DNA from: a virus
Lineage: Duplodnaviria > Caudoviricetes
IMG/VR virus record: IMGVR_UViG_2882837327_000001
Location: 1-64,000 of that record
DNA: 64,000 nucleotides
Strand: one strand, 5' to 3'
The translations under genes and the position numbers were made by a program. Every line of letters begins with the position of its first letter. Position 1 is the stretch's first letter. Below, piece by piece: positions 8,836 to 17,317 of this stretch. The notes beneath the pieces were generated by a model that was given only the letters and a program-made list of their open reading frames with translations, searched no databases and was not told the DNA's origin.

Positions 8836-9620
8836 GCGACGGGCTCCGCGGCTGCGGGCGCGGTGGTGGCCAGATCGGCATCCATCAGCGCGTCAATGTT
8901 GTGGGGGATGACGCGCACCGACATGGCGCACATCCAGCTATCGGCGGTCGCGCCCGGCATGCTCCACCGAAGCGCGGCATGGGCGGAAGGCAGCACGGGC
9001 CCGGTCCAGGGAAGGTCCGAGACCCAGCCGCCCCGGTGCTCCGGGAAGCCCATGCCCTGGGCCATCTCCTCGGTGATGTCGGCCAGGCGAAGCACCTGCA
9101 CGGCCAGCACCTGCAGCGTGAGCCGGCTGTAGGGCCGCCCCATTGAGGAGCTGGACCGCCAGCGCGGGCCCTCGCCCATCTCGCGCGCTTCGTCGGCGGG
9201 CCACTGGCCCGGATAATCGGTGCAGCCGGGCGGCAGGTCAGCCCGAAATTCGAGCCGGCACTCGTCGGCCGGCACCGGGTTCTCCTCCGGCCAGACCAAG
9301 CCCCAGGTCTCCTTGACCCACACCAGGTCGCCGGGCGCGGCCAGCACCGGGAACACCGGCAGACACTGCCGATCATCGACGGTCCACCAGCACCAGTGCC
9401 GGCTCATGCGGCGCGGGTTCAGCTCGCTGGCCCGGCCGTTGCAGTAGGCGTCCAGGTATGGCGCGGGGTGCTTCGGCGGGTGCACCGCGCTGCTGGTCGG
9501 CGCGGGCGGCACCGTCACGGGCATCAGGACGAAGCGCAGCGTGCCCTTCCTGACGGCGCGGATCTGGCGCGCCATCAGCCTGATGGAGGTGGCCTCCTTG
9601 CGGGCGGTGGCGGCGTTCAT
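8832..9620 (-). CDS. ASCH/PUA-like phage protein 3
   Basis: PGDLVWVKETW, WRSSSSMGRPYSRLTLQVLAVQVLRLADITEE. Confidence 0.7.
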   Translation of the reverse strand: MNAATARKEATSIRLMARQIRAVRKGTLRFVLMPVTVPPAPTSSAVHPPKHPAPYLDAYCNGRASELNPRRMSRHWCWWTVDDRQCLPVFPVLAAPGDLVWVKETWGLVWPEENPVPADECRLEFRADLPPGCTDYPGQWPADEAREMGEGPRWRSSSSMGRPYSRLTLQVLAVQVLRLADITEEMAQGMGFPEHRGGWVSDLPWTGPVLPSAHAALRWSMPGATADSWMCAMSVRVIPHNIDALMDADLATTAPAAAEPVA

Positions 9621-11518
9621 TTCCCGCGCGCCCACTCGGCATAGTCGCGGGAATAGGCCACGGACCACCCGAACTTCTTCCGGAGATCTCTCCCGCCCCC
9701 ACCACGGCGGACGATGGCCGTGGCCTCGGCGAAATCCTGCTGGTTGGCCGGATCATCGGGATCCGGGTCGCCGTCCTCAATGCCGCGCGGCGGGCCGCCC
9801 TTGGGCACCACCGGCGTCTGCGCGGCCGCCGGCGAGGGCTTCGGCGCGGCAGCTTTGGGCGCGCCACCCACCTTCCACTTGCTCGTCTCGGCCAGCCTGC
9901 GAATGGCCAGCGGGGTCACGCCGTACCGTTCCGCGATGCCGGGCACGGGATCGCCCTTCTCGAACAGCCCCTGGATCACCCGGCGCTCGGCGGGCGTCAG
10001 ATCGGTGACGCTGCGCGCTTGCGCTGCTGCCGGCGGCGGCGCCTGCTGGATCTCGATGCTGGTGACGGACGCTGGCGCGGCAGCGGCATCGCCAGGATCC
10101 TGCTCGGCCGCCCGCTTCGCCTGGCGCTCTGCCATCGCGGCAGAACGGCGCTTCGCCGAAGCCTCAAGGTTGCGGCGCCCAACTGCCGTGCGGCACCAGA
10201 CGCGGAAGGCCTCATCCCAATCGAGCTTCTGCGCCTTGTGGCTCACCTCCGTCAGCCAGAAGCGGCGAAAGGCGTGGGCTTCCAGGTCAGCGTCGAGCTG
10301 CTGGCCATCGGCGTAGCCGCGCAGCTCGTCGGACATGGCCCAGCTCTCGGGGATACGCGTCGGCTCGGCGCGCGGCTGGGGGGCCACGGGCGCTGCCTCC
10401 GGCACCGGCCCAGGCGCGGGCGGCGCGTCCGGGTCAGATGGCGCTTCGAGGGTCGCTTCAGCCTCGGGCTCGACGTGCGCGACGAGCTCCTGAGCCTCCT
10501 CGGGAGCGGCGGGCTCAGCCGCCGGCGCGGCGGCCGCCTCCTCGACGCTGGCCAGTGCTTCCACCGCGGCCACCTCGGCCGCCGCAGGCGCATCTTCGAT
10601 CAGCAGCAGCTCGCCCGGCTCATCCTCTCCCGCTTCGCACGGCTCGGCGGTGGGGCCTGCCTCTTCCGCCTCGGCCATGGCGGCGACTTCGCCGGTGGCC
10701 GGTTCTTCGGTCGGCGGGGTCTCGATCATCGGCGCCAGCTCGGACGCGACCTCGTTGCCGGACCAGGCAAGGGGATCCACCTCAGCGGCGATGGAAAGCT
10801 GGGCTTCCGCCCCGGCCAGCGGCTCGACAGCAGGGGTGTCGAAGACATACCGAAGAGGCTGGATGTCGCTGGCGTCGGTCTGGTGCCACGCGGTGACGAA
10901 GGCGTTGCGTTCCTCCTCGGTCATGACGGGGAGTGACAGCTCGCCGTCACCAGTGACGATCCCGGTGTCACCGATCGTCACCAGCACATCGTCGGGGGCG
11001 TAACGCTGCGGGCTGACCGCCTCCGGCATCAGCGCCGCCACTTCGACGGCTGCGCACGGCGGCTCGCTGACCTGGACCGGGATGGCAGGCGGGCTCCTGT
11101 TGGCAGGCACCTTGTTCAGCAGTTCGGCGTTCGCGTCGCGCCAGCGATCCAGGCGCGCATCGTCAGGCAGGGTCGGCGCGGCGCTCGGCGTGAACGGGCC
11201 CAACTCGGGTGCCTCGGGTGCCTTGCCGGCGGCGAAGCCGGAGAAGTCTTCGGGCGTGCCGGTGAAGCCCGCCAGCAGCCCATCCGCAGCGGTGGCGCTC
11301 GCGTGCGCCTCCACCCTACGCTCCTCAGCCTGGCGCGCGTCCAGGTCCATCCGGTCAGCGGCCTCCTCGGCCGCCTCAGCGTCGGTTTCCAGATCGCTGG
11401 TCAGATAGCTGGCCATGTCGCGCATCTGGCGGCGGCCTTCCAGCAGCCCCTCGCGAAGACCGGCGGCGTAGGCGCGAAGCTCCGCTTGCGTGCGGAAACG
11501 CTCATAGGTGCGGCGCAT
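9617..11518 (-). CDS. Large acidic Ala/Pro/Glu-rich protein with a DnaT-like DNA-binding domain
   Basis: 633 aa from MRRTYERF; segment RIPESW...FRRFW...KLDWDEAFRVW resembles the C-terminal domain of the replication initiator. Confidence 0.65.
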   Translation of the reverse strand: MRRTYERFRTQAELRAYAAGLREGLLEGRRQMRDMASYLTSDLETDAEAAEEAADRMDLDARQAEERRVEAHASATAADGLLAGFTGTPEDFSGFAAGKAPEAPELGPFTPSAAPTLPDDARLDRWRDANAELLNKVPANRSPPAIPVQVSEPPCAAVEVAALMPEAVSPQRYAPDDVLVTIGDTGIVTGDGELSLPVMTEEERNAFVTAWHQTDASDIQPLRYVFDTPAVEPLAGAEAQLSIAAEVDPLAWSGNEVASELAPMIETPPTEEPATGEVAAMAEAEEAGPTAEPCEAGEDEPGELLLIEDAPAAAEVAAVEALASVEEAAAAPAAEPAAPEEAQELVAHVEPEAEATLEAPSDPDAPPAPGPVPEAAPVAPQPRAEPTRIPESWAMSDELRGYADGQQLDADLEAHAFRRFWLTEVSHKAQKLDWDEAFRVWCRTAVGRRNLEASAKRRSAAMAERQAKRAAEQDPGDAAAAPASVTSIEIQQAPPPAAAQARSVTDLTPAERRVIQGLFEKGDPVPGIAERYGVTPLAIRRLAETSKWKVGGAPKAAAPKPSPAAAQTPVVPKGGPPRGIEDGDPDPDDPANQQDFAEATAIVRRGGGGRDLRKKFGWSVAYSRDYAEWARGK

Positions 11519-11748
11519 CAGCGGAACCACATGCTGCAAAGGTTGCGATGGAAGGCACCGGCGTCGCCGCGCCTCATGGCGTCGGTCAATTCGGCGATCG
11601 CGCCGATGACCTCCTTGTCCGCCGGCGCTCGGGTGGTGCGCTGTTCCTGGCGGAACAGCTCGGCCGTGCGCATCAGTGCGTAGCGGTCCTGGACGCTGAT
11701 CGGCGTCAACGGATGCGGCATGCTCAAGGCCGCCGTGGGGTTGTCCAT
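11518..11748 (-). CDS. Hypothetical protein
   Basis: RBS GGAGAC/GAGA upstream; stop overlaps next start. Confidence 0.55.
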   Translation of the reverse strand: MDNPTAALSMPHPLTPISVQDRYALMRTAELFRQEQRTTRAPADKEVIGAIAELTDAMRRGDAGAFHRNLCSMWFR

Positions 11749-11756
11749 GGGAGGTC

Positions 11757-12215
11757 TCACTTGTTCTTGGCGCGGGGCGGCAGGCCGAGGGCGTGCGCGC
11801 GGCTGTTGACGCTCTGGGCGTTGGCCATGCCGAGGGCTTCGGCCATGGCGTCGGCAGCGACGCCGGTTTCCCAGAGATGGGTGAAGGCGGTGGCATCGAC
11901 GTGCCGCCGGAAGCGCGGGCCGAAGCCCATGGCGTGCGCGCGGTTCGACACGGCACGCTCGTTGGGGAAGCCGAACTCGGCCTGCATCTCGGCCAGGCTG
12001 GCGCGGCCGTGCCACATGGCCCGGAAGGCGATGGCGTCGATCGGGTTCATGCCGTGACGCGGCACGGGCGCGGCGGGCTCGGCTGCCATGGCACGGCGGA
12101 TCTCCATCGCCATCGAGAGCCGGCCCTGCGCATAGGCGTCATCGGCGATGCGCTGGGCGAGATCCGCGATCACCAGGGCGTTCTTCCTCGGCGGGAGGGG
12201 TGACATGGCATTCAC
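11757..12215 (-). CDS. GcrA-like tandem HTH protein
   Basis: Two repeats (W-x-xG...AVSNRAHAMG and LWETG...SVNSRAHALGLPPR) resembling the GcrA N-terminal HTH. Confidence 0.6.
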   Translation of the reverse strand: MNAMSPLPPRKNALVIADLAQRIADDAYAQGRLSMAMEIRRAMAAEPAAPVPRHGMNPIDAIAFRAMWHGRASLAEMQAEFGFPNERAVSNRAHAMGFGPRFRRHVDATAFTHLWETGVAADAMAEALGMANAQSVNSRAHALGLPPRAKNK

Positions 12216-12517
12216 CGGGGCAGTTCCGCGGCCATGCAGCCGGCGGAGGTGAAGTAGATGAAGCGGCGGCTTTCCGGCTCGCGCACGCGGTAGAGGCGGA
12301 CGCCATCAACGCCTCCGACATGCGTGGGAACCTGGCGCCGCATGACCGCAGCGCGCTGTTCCTCATGGAGGCGGGTTCGCTCACTGAACGCGGTCTCGCC
12401 GTCCGCGGCGCCATCAGGCCGGCAGGCCGACAGCAGCAGCACCAGGACCAGGGCGGCGGCCAGCAGCACGGCGGTGGGAGGCACCAGTTCCCGGAGAAGG
12501 CGGGCGACGGTCCTCAC
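12212..12517 (-). CDS. Putative lipoprotein
   Basis: GTG start, hydrophobic VLLAAALVLVLL then lipobox LSA-C. Confidence 0.6.
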   Translation of the reverse strand: MRTVARLLRELVPPTAVLLAAALVLVLLLSACRPDGAADGETAFSERTRLHEEQRAAVMRRQVPTHVGGVDGVRLYRVREPESRRFIYFTSAGCMAAELPR

Positions 12518-12921
12518 TGGACCTTCGCCTGCTGCTCGGTGGCGGCCAGATAGGCGCCGATCTCGCCGCCCAGCTCGTGGACAAGCTGCGCCAGCATCTG
12601 CTGGGTAACGGCCAGCCACGCATCGTAGGGCGCGCCCATCTGCTCCGGCCGCGCCATGAAGTGCGTCATGGTGGCCAACACGCTGTCGCGCAGGCGGATT
12701 TCGGGGGCGAGCTTGCTGTAGAGGACGGCGTGCAGCTCCTGAAGGCGCGTCATCCTGGCTTCCCAGGCCTGGGGAACGAAGGTGGTAGGCTCGGCGTGCA
12801 CGCCCTCGATCCAGTGCTGCACCATGCGCAGCATGAGGCGGCCTTCAGCGTCGAGCACGGGCGGCAGGATGGGCTCCGCCCCCGGCTCGGCGGCGGGAGC
12901 GGTGGAATTCTCGGTGGTCAC
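12514..12921 (-). CDS. Hypothetical protein
   Basis: GTG start overlapping the upstream stop. Confidence 0.55.
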   Translation of the reverse strand: MTTENSTAPAAEPGAEPILPPVLDAEGRLMLRMVQHWIEGVHAEPTTFVPQAWEARMTRLQELHAVLYSKLAPEIRLRDSVLATMTHFMARPEQMGAPYDAWLAVTQQMLAQLVHELGGEIGAYLAATEQQAKVQ

Positions 12922-13172
12922 GGTCGGCTGTTGCCTTGTGCGGGGCGCCTTGCGGGGGCGGGCGCGGTGGTGGCTGGACGGGGGGTGAAGACCGGGCCGG
13001 CGAGACACGCGACCATGTGCCAGGTGCGGTCAGGCGGGAGGCCGGCTTCGGTGATGGCGGCCGCCTCGTGGCAGGTTGAGGCGGTGACTTCGCGGGCCAC
13101 GCAGAGCATGGCGCGCGACGGCGCGGCGGGCGGCTGACACAGGTAGGCGAGCATCAGCACCGTGCCGCTCAT
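12918..13172 (-). CDS. Small hypothetical protein, possibly secreted
   Basis: Hydrophobic N-terminus and Cys residues; coupled ORF. Confidence 0.5.
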   Translation of the reverse strand: MSGTVLMLAYLCQPPAAPSRAMLCVAREVTASTCHEAAAITEAGLPPDRTWHMVACLAGPVFTPRPATTAPAPARRPAQGNSRP

Positions 13173-13498
13173 GCGGAACCGGCCGTGGGTGTGGCGGCGG
13201 ATAGCGCGATGGCCTGGGGGCTCGGCTCTTCGGCGAACAGGTCGCGGTAGAAAAGGATGATCTCCGCGGCGACGGCGAACTCTTGATCTGCCGAGTTGCC
13301 GGTCTCGCCCATGGTGAGCAATTCACCCAGCATGGCACAGACGGCGCAGATGGCGGCTCCTCGGGGAAAGCCGTGGGCCTTCGGATAGACCACATCGCCC
13401 AACGCCTTCACGATGCTGGCGAGGGTCGCACCATCGACTTCGGCCATGGCCAGTTGAGCGAGGCGCTTGGCCTCTGCCGGCGGAAATCGGACGGTCAT
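13169..13498 (-). CDS. Hypothetical protein
   Basis: ATGA-coupled chain of ORFs. Confidence 0.6.
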   Translation of the reverse strand: MTVRFPPAEAKRLAQLAMAEVDGATLASIVKALGDVVYPKAHGFPRGAAICAVCAMLGELLTMGETGNSADQEFAVAAEIILFYRDLFAEEPSPQAIALSAATPTAGSA

Positions 13499-13905
13499 GC
13501 TGAACCGACCGTGGGCGGAAATTCGAGCTCAGCCGGCTTCTTGTGGATGAAGCCGAACGAATGCTCGATCAGGTTCGCCGCGACCATGGCCTGGAACCCA
13601 TCATCACCGGCCAACCCAATGCTTCTGGCCACCAGCGCGCACGCCGCCGTTATGGCCATCAGCGCCTCGTTGCCCGGGAGGCCGAATGACCGCAGCAAAT
13701 CGGCCACCGCCCGGATCGCTCCATCGACGCGAGGCCACTCGCACATCACCCCGAAGGACTCCGCGAGGTTACGCGCCAGAAGAACGCGCTCCTCCGACGA
13801 CGCTGCCTGGATCCGCTGAGACAGCGCGGCAATCTGCTCGGCTCGCTCGGCGGGCGTGGCGTTTGCCACGGCCAGGAACAAGGCGTTCATCTCTTCCGGG
13901 CTCAT
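13495..13905 (-). CDS. Hypothetical protein
   Basis: ATGA-coupled chain of ORFs. Confidence 0.6.
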   Translation of the reverse strand: MSPEEMNALFLAVANATPAERAEQIAALSQRIQAASSEERVLLARNLAESFGVMCEWPRVDGAIRAVADLLRSFGLPGNEALMAITAACALVARSIGLAGDDGFQAMVAANLIEHSFGFIHKKPAELEFPPTVGSA

Positions 13906-14234
13906 GCGGCACCTTTCGGCTTGCCGAGGCGAGCCGCCTGGCGGGCAGTGACGGCCATGTCATGGCCACCGGCGAGCGCACGAAGGTGCTCCCGGACCAG
14001 AAGCCCGGCAGCGCCGACCATGGCGTCCGGCGCAACCGCCGGATCCAGCACGTCCACGCCCGGCATGGCCCGCTCTTTGATGGTGGCGGCGGTGGACAGG
14101 GCCAGCGCTGAGAAAACCGTCCCCAGATGCTGGCCATAGAGCAGCGCGCGGATCTGCTGTGCCAAGGCGAAGGTCACCGTGGGATCGGCGGTTTCCATGA
14201 TGTAGGTGCTGAGGGCGGGTGCGGCCTGTTTCAT
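13902..14234 (-). CDS. Hypothetical protein
   Basis: ATGA-coupled chain of ORFs. Confidence 0.6.
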   Translation of the reverse strand: MKQAAPALSTYIMETADPTVTFALAQQIRALLYGQHLGTVFSALALSTAATIKERAMPGVDVLDPAVAPDAMVGAAGLLVREHLRALAGGHDMAVTARQAARLGKPKGAA

Positions 14235-14671
14235 CCGATGCGAGCCCCCATCAGGCGCCCGGCCGCACGCGCGATGGCGCGGGAAGCGGTGGTGGCGGTC
14301 GGCAGCCCTCGGCCGAAGCCGATGGTCAGCAGGCGGGCGGCGTCACCGCAGGGTGTGAGGCGACAGTGGTGGCTGCGGCAGCGCGGCATAATGTCGCCGG
14401 GGCCGAAGGCGGTGCTGTTCGGGCCGCCCGCCCGGCCGGAGGCGAACACGCCGTACAGAACGATGGAGAGGCCGAGGCCCGAGTGCGTCCGGGTCTCGGT
14501 CTGGCGCATCACCTCCTCAACGGTGATGTTGATCACCGAGTTCTGCGGCAGCAGGCGCCAGGCGCGCATGGCGGGCGAGTAGGCGCCGCCGGAGACGATG
14601 TGTTCCGGTTGCCGGAGGACGGGCGCGAGTCGGCGCGCCAGCCTTCCAGTGAGGAAAGCGGGGATCTTCAT
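14231..14671 (-). CDS. Hypothetical protein
   Basis: ATGA-coupled chain of ORFs. Confidence 0.55.
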   Translation of the reverse strand: MKIPAFLTGRLARRLAPVLRQPEHIVSGGAYSPAMRAWRLLPQNSVINITVEEVMRQTETRTHSGLGLSIVLYGVFASGRAGGPNSTAFGPGDIMPRCRSHHCRLTPCGDAARLLTIGFGRGLPTATTASRAIARAAGRLMGARIG

Positions 14672-14862
14672 GGCCAGGCTCCCGATATGATGAGGGTGAT
14701 GGAGGCCGCCAGGCTGAGGGCGATGAGCAGGAAGCCTGCTGCGAAGGCCATGCTGGCGGTGCGGCGGTTGTCCGTGGTCATCGCCACCACTCCCGCGAGG
14801 AGGGTCAGGGCGATCGTGACCATGGAGACGAAGGAGGAGGCTGCGCGCGCGTTCACGGTCAC
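14668..14862 (-). CDS. Small two-TM membrane protein
   Basis: Two hydrophobic stretches in 64 aa. Confidence 0.6.
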   Translation of the reverse strand: MTVNARAASSFVSMVTIALTLLAGVVAMTTDNRRTASMAFAAGFLLIALSLAASITLIISGAWP

Positions 14863-15155
14863 ATGCCCAGCGCGCGGCGATACAGATCGCGAAGCGTTTC
14901 CAGCTCCTCGATCTCGGCAGCGTCTTTTTTCCGCTGCGCGACGATGATCTTGATGGTCTTCGGGCAGAAGCCGGCGGACTTGGCTTCGGCGTAGATGTCC
15001 TTGATGTCAGAACCGATTGCCGCGCGCTCTTCCAGAAGGCGCTCGATCCGCTCCACCAGGGAACGGAGGCGTTCTGCCGCGATGAGATTACCCTTGCGGG
15101 TGTTCTCCGGGTTGCGCCCGCCGAGGTAGTCGTCTTCTAAATCGGTCTGACTCAT
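14859..15155 (-). CDS. gapR: GapR-like nucleoid-associated protein (DUF2312)
   Basis: RLRSLVERIERLLEERAAIGSDIKDIYAEAKSAGFCPKTIKII...DLYRRALGM signature. Confidence 0.9.
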   Translation of the reverse strand: MSQTDLEDDYLGGRNPENTRKGNLIAAERLRSLVERIERLLEERAAIGSDIKDIYAEAKSAGFCPKTIKIIVAQRKKDAAEIEELETLRDLYRRALGM

Positions 15156-15219
15156 ATTCCCTCACTCCATGGGGGATATGAGCCTTCATAGAGGAAGGAT
15201 TTGAAGTCAGTCAAGCGCG

Positions 15220-15268
15220 ATGGCGGATTTTCCTCCATAACTCATGACAATGGCGCCGAATCCTCCTT
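15220..15268. promoter_or_regulatory. Two putative repressor operators at the leftward early promoter
   Basis: ATGGCGG-ATTTT-CCTCCAT (15220-15238) and ATGGCGC-CGAAT-CCTCCTT (15250-15268), imperfect palindromes. Confidence 0.55.
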
Positions 15269-15286
15269 CAAACTCTTAACTGGCGG

Positions 15287-15703
15287 TTAACAGCCAGCTT
15301 CCGGCAACGGCGGCTTCGTTTCCTCCGTGGTGAGCGCTGCCTCGGGGCCAGTCTCCGGCGCCGCTGGTGACGCCGAGTCTGCGGCCTCGGCCTCGGGGGG
15401 CTTCGGATTGCCTCCGGCGGCTTCCTCTTCAAACAAGGTAATGTCCGAAGCGGATACGCCGACCACCTCATGGGTAGCCAGATTGACGCCCTGCTGCGCC
15501 GCGACGCGCAGCGCACGGCGGGTGACATCGTTCGTGAGGGAGAGGATGACGCCTTTGATGGCCGCCAGCGCCGGCGCCTGCGGCGAATGGTCGGGCTGGA
15601 CCGGCGAGATGGCGAGCACGGCCTGTTGGCAGGCCTGCATGCCCATCAGGCGCTCGGTCATGTGGATGATCGCCGCATCGCTATGCGGGATGGTCTTCTT
15701 CAC
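15287..15703 (-). CDS. Hypothetical protein downstream of the repressor
   Basis: GTG start with GGAG upstream; same strand as the CI-like gene. Confidence 0.5.
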   Translation of the reverse strand: MKKTIPHSDAAIIHMTERLMGMQACQQAVLAISPVQPDHSPQAPALAAIKGVILSLTNDVTRRALRVAAQQGVNLATHEVVGVSASDITLFEEEAAGGNPKPPEAEAADSASPAAPETGPEAALTTEETKPPLPEAGC

Positions 15704-15804
15704 GCTGGGGTCTCCGGTGGGGGATGAGCCCCAGCCGTAAGCCCGCGCGCAGCGCGCCAGCAATGACGCTGCGTTTAGTCCATTCTCGGGACGCCGAGCG
15801 GTGC

Positions 15805-16470
15805 CTAGGCAGCTCGAATGGCGCGAATCCGCCAAAGCTGGCCGTCGCCAACAGGGCGCGCGTTCTCGCTGCCTTCCAGGACTGCCTGGCCGGCGCCGCC
15901 CGTGTTCGGGATCAGCACCCCGACGCTTTCGAGCTCGCCTTCTGCGATCAGCGCGACCAAATCACCCAGCTTCGCGCTGTCGGTCGGCTCGCAGATCAGC
16001 ACGCTGCGCGGCTGAAGGAGCACGCCATGCTGGCGCGTCAGGGTGATGGCGACGGCCTTTTCCGTCACGCCTTCCAGGGTCTCCGCCAGCGGAAAGCGCT
16101 CGCTACCGCCAGCGCCTTCGCGCATGTGCTCCACCTGCGCGCCCATCATCTTCGAGCAGCGGCTGGCGGCGGCTGGCCGGTCGGCCGTTGGCCGCTCCGG
16201 CGCGGGCCGGCCGGCAATGGAATCTGGCAGCATCTTGGCGCCAGGCCCTGCAAGCAGTTCCTCTGGAATAGAGAGAAGCTGCGCCAGGTCGCGGCGCTCG
16301 TGTGGTGGCAGCACCCGGGGGGATCCACGCTGAACAAACTGGCCAAGGTAGCTCTCTGCGCGGCCGATGGACGCGGAAAGCTGCCTTAGCGATAGCCCAG
16401 CCTTCTGCGCGGCTTCGACAAGCGCTACGCGGTCTGGACTTGCGCCACGCTTCAGAGAAAGCGGCCTCAT
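15805..16470 (-). CDS. CI-like phage repressor (HTH plus degenerate S24-like C-domain)
   Basis: LSLRQLSASIGRAESYLGQFVQRGSPRVL..ERRDLA HTH; divergent from the Cro-like gene. Confidence 0.8.
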   Translation of the reverse strand: MRPLSLKRGASPDRVALVEAAQKAGLSLRQLSASIGRAESYLGQFVQRGSPRVLPPHERRDLAQLLSIPEELLAGPGAKMLPDSIAGRPAPERPTADRPAAASRCSKMMGAQVEHMREGAGGSERFPLAETLEGVTEKAVAITLTRQHGVLLQPRSVLICEPTDSAKLGDLVALIAEGELESVGVLIPNTGGAGQAVLEGSENARPVGDGQLWRIRAIRAA

Positions 16471-16588
16471 GCTGGATCCTCTTCGTGGGATTATTCCCGT
16501 CACGGGGGATTAAGTCGGGGAAATCCTGCTGTGCAGCAATACCCCTTCCAAGAAGGAAATCAACAAGAGTTTGTTGCGGCTCCTAAAT

Positions 16589-16607
16589 ATGGAGGATAAT
16601 CCTTCGT
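16589..16607. promoter_or_regulatory. Putative operator at the CI/Cro switch
   Basis: ATGGAGG-ATAAT-CCTTCGT, same 7-5-7 pattern as the sites at 15220 and 34771. Confidence 0.5.
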
Positions 16608-16609
16608 TC

Positions 16610-16900
16610 ATGAAGGATATGACTGAAGCCGTTGAGACGTTCTTGCGCGCCTATCCGGAAGTGCGGCCATACCAGTTTGGCAGGAAGGCGCTCGGGGATC
16701 CCAAATTCGTCGCGCAGGTTCGGTCGGGCCGCCTGGTCCGACCCGACACCTTCAAGAAGGTCAGCGACTGGATGGCCGCCTATGCCGCCAAGCGCCGGGA
16801 TGATGAGAAGGCTCGCCGTGCCGACCGGCACCGCATGGAGAAGCTGGCGGGGCTGGCCGCGCCAACAGAAGAACTGAGCGCCGAGCAGCCGGTGCCCTAG
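16610..16900 (+). CDS. Cro-like transcriptional regulator
   Basis: VETFL...QFGRKALGDPKFVAQVRSGRLVRPDT..KVSDWM pattern typical of alphaproteobacterial phage Cro-like proteins. Confidence 0.75.
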   Translation: MKDMTEAVETFLRAYPEVRPYQFGRKALGDPKFVAQVRSGRLVRPDTFKKVSDWMAAYAAKRRDDEKARRADRHRMEKLAGLAAPTEELSAEQPVP

Positions 16901-16903
16901 GCG

Positions 16904-17317
16904 ATGCCCGCACCAGCCTACTCGCTCTGGCTGGCGGGCATCGTCACCCCGACCCTGAACCAGACGCTCCGCCAGCATTGGCGACAGCGCGGGCAGAAGA
17001 CGCGCGCCATGGCCTGGGCCATACGTGCGGCGGTTGGGCGTGCCGGATTGCCGGCCACCCCGCTCATGCGGGCCCGCGTGGAGATCGAGCGCCGGTCGGC
17101 AGGGCCTGGCGCCGATACCGATGGCCTGGTCGGCGGCTGCAAAGGGCTGATCGACTGCCTGCTGCCGATGGTGGAGAAGCGCCGGCCCTACGGGCTGGGC
17201 TTCGTCCATGACGACAGCCCGAAGCACATGGAGCTGGTGGTTCGGGCCTGCCGCGTTCCGCGCGCCGATGTCGGCACGCTGGTCATCATCACCCCTCTGG
17301 ATTGGCCCACATCATGA
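16904..17317 (+). CDS. RusA-like Holliday junction resolvase
   Basis: PTLNQ, DTDGL..GCKGLIDCL and GFVHDDS motifs. Confidence 0.7.
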   Translation: MPAPAYSLWLAGIVTPTLNQTLRQHWRQRGQKTRAMAWAIRAAVGRAGLPATPLMRARVEIERRSAGPGADTDGLVGGCKGLIDCLLPMVEKRRPYGLGFVHDDSPKHMELVVRACRVPRADVGTLVIITPLDWPTS

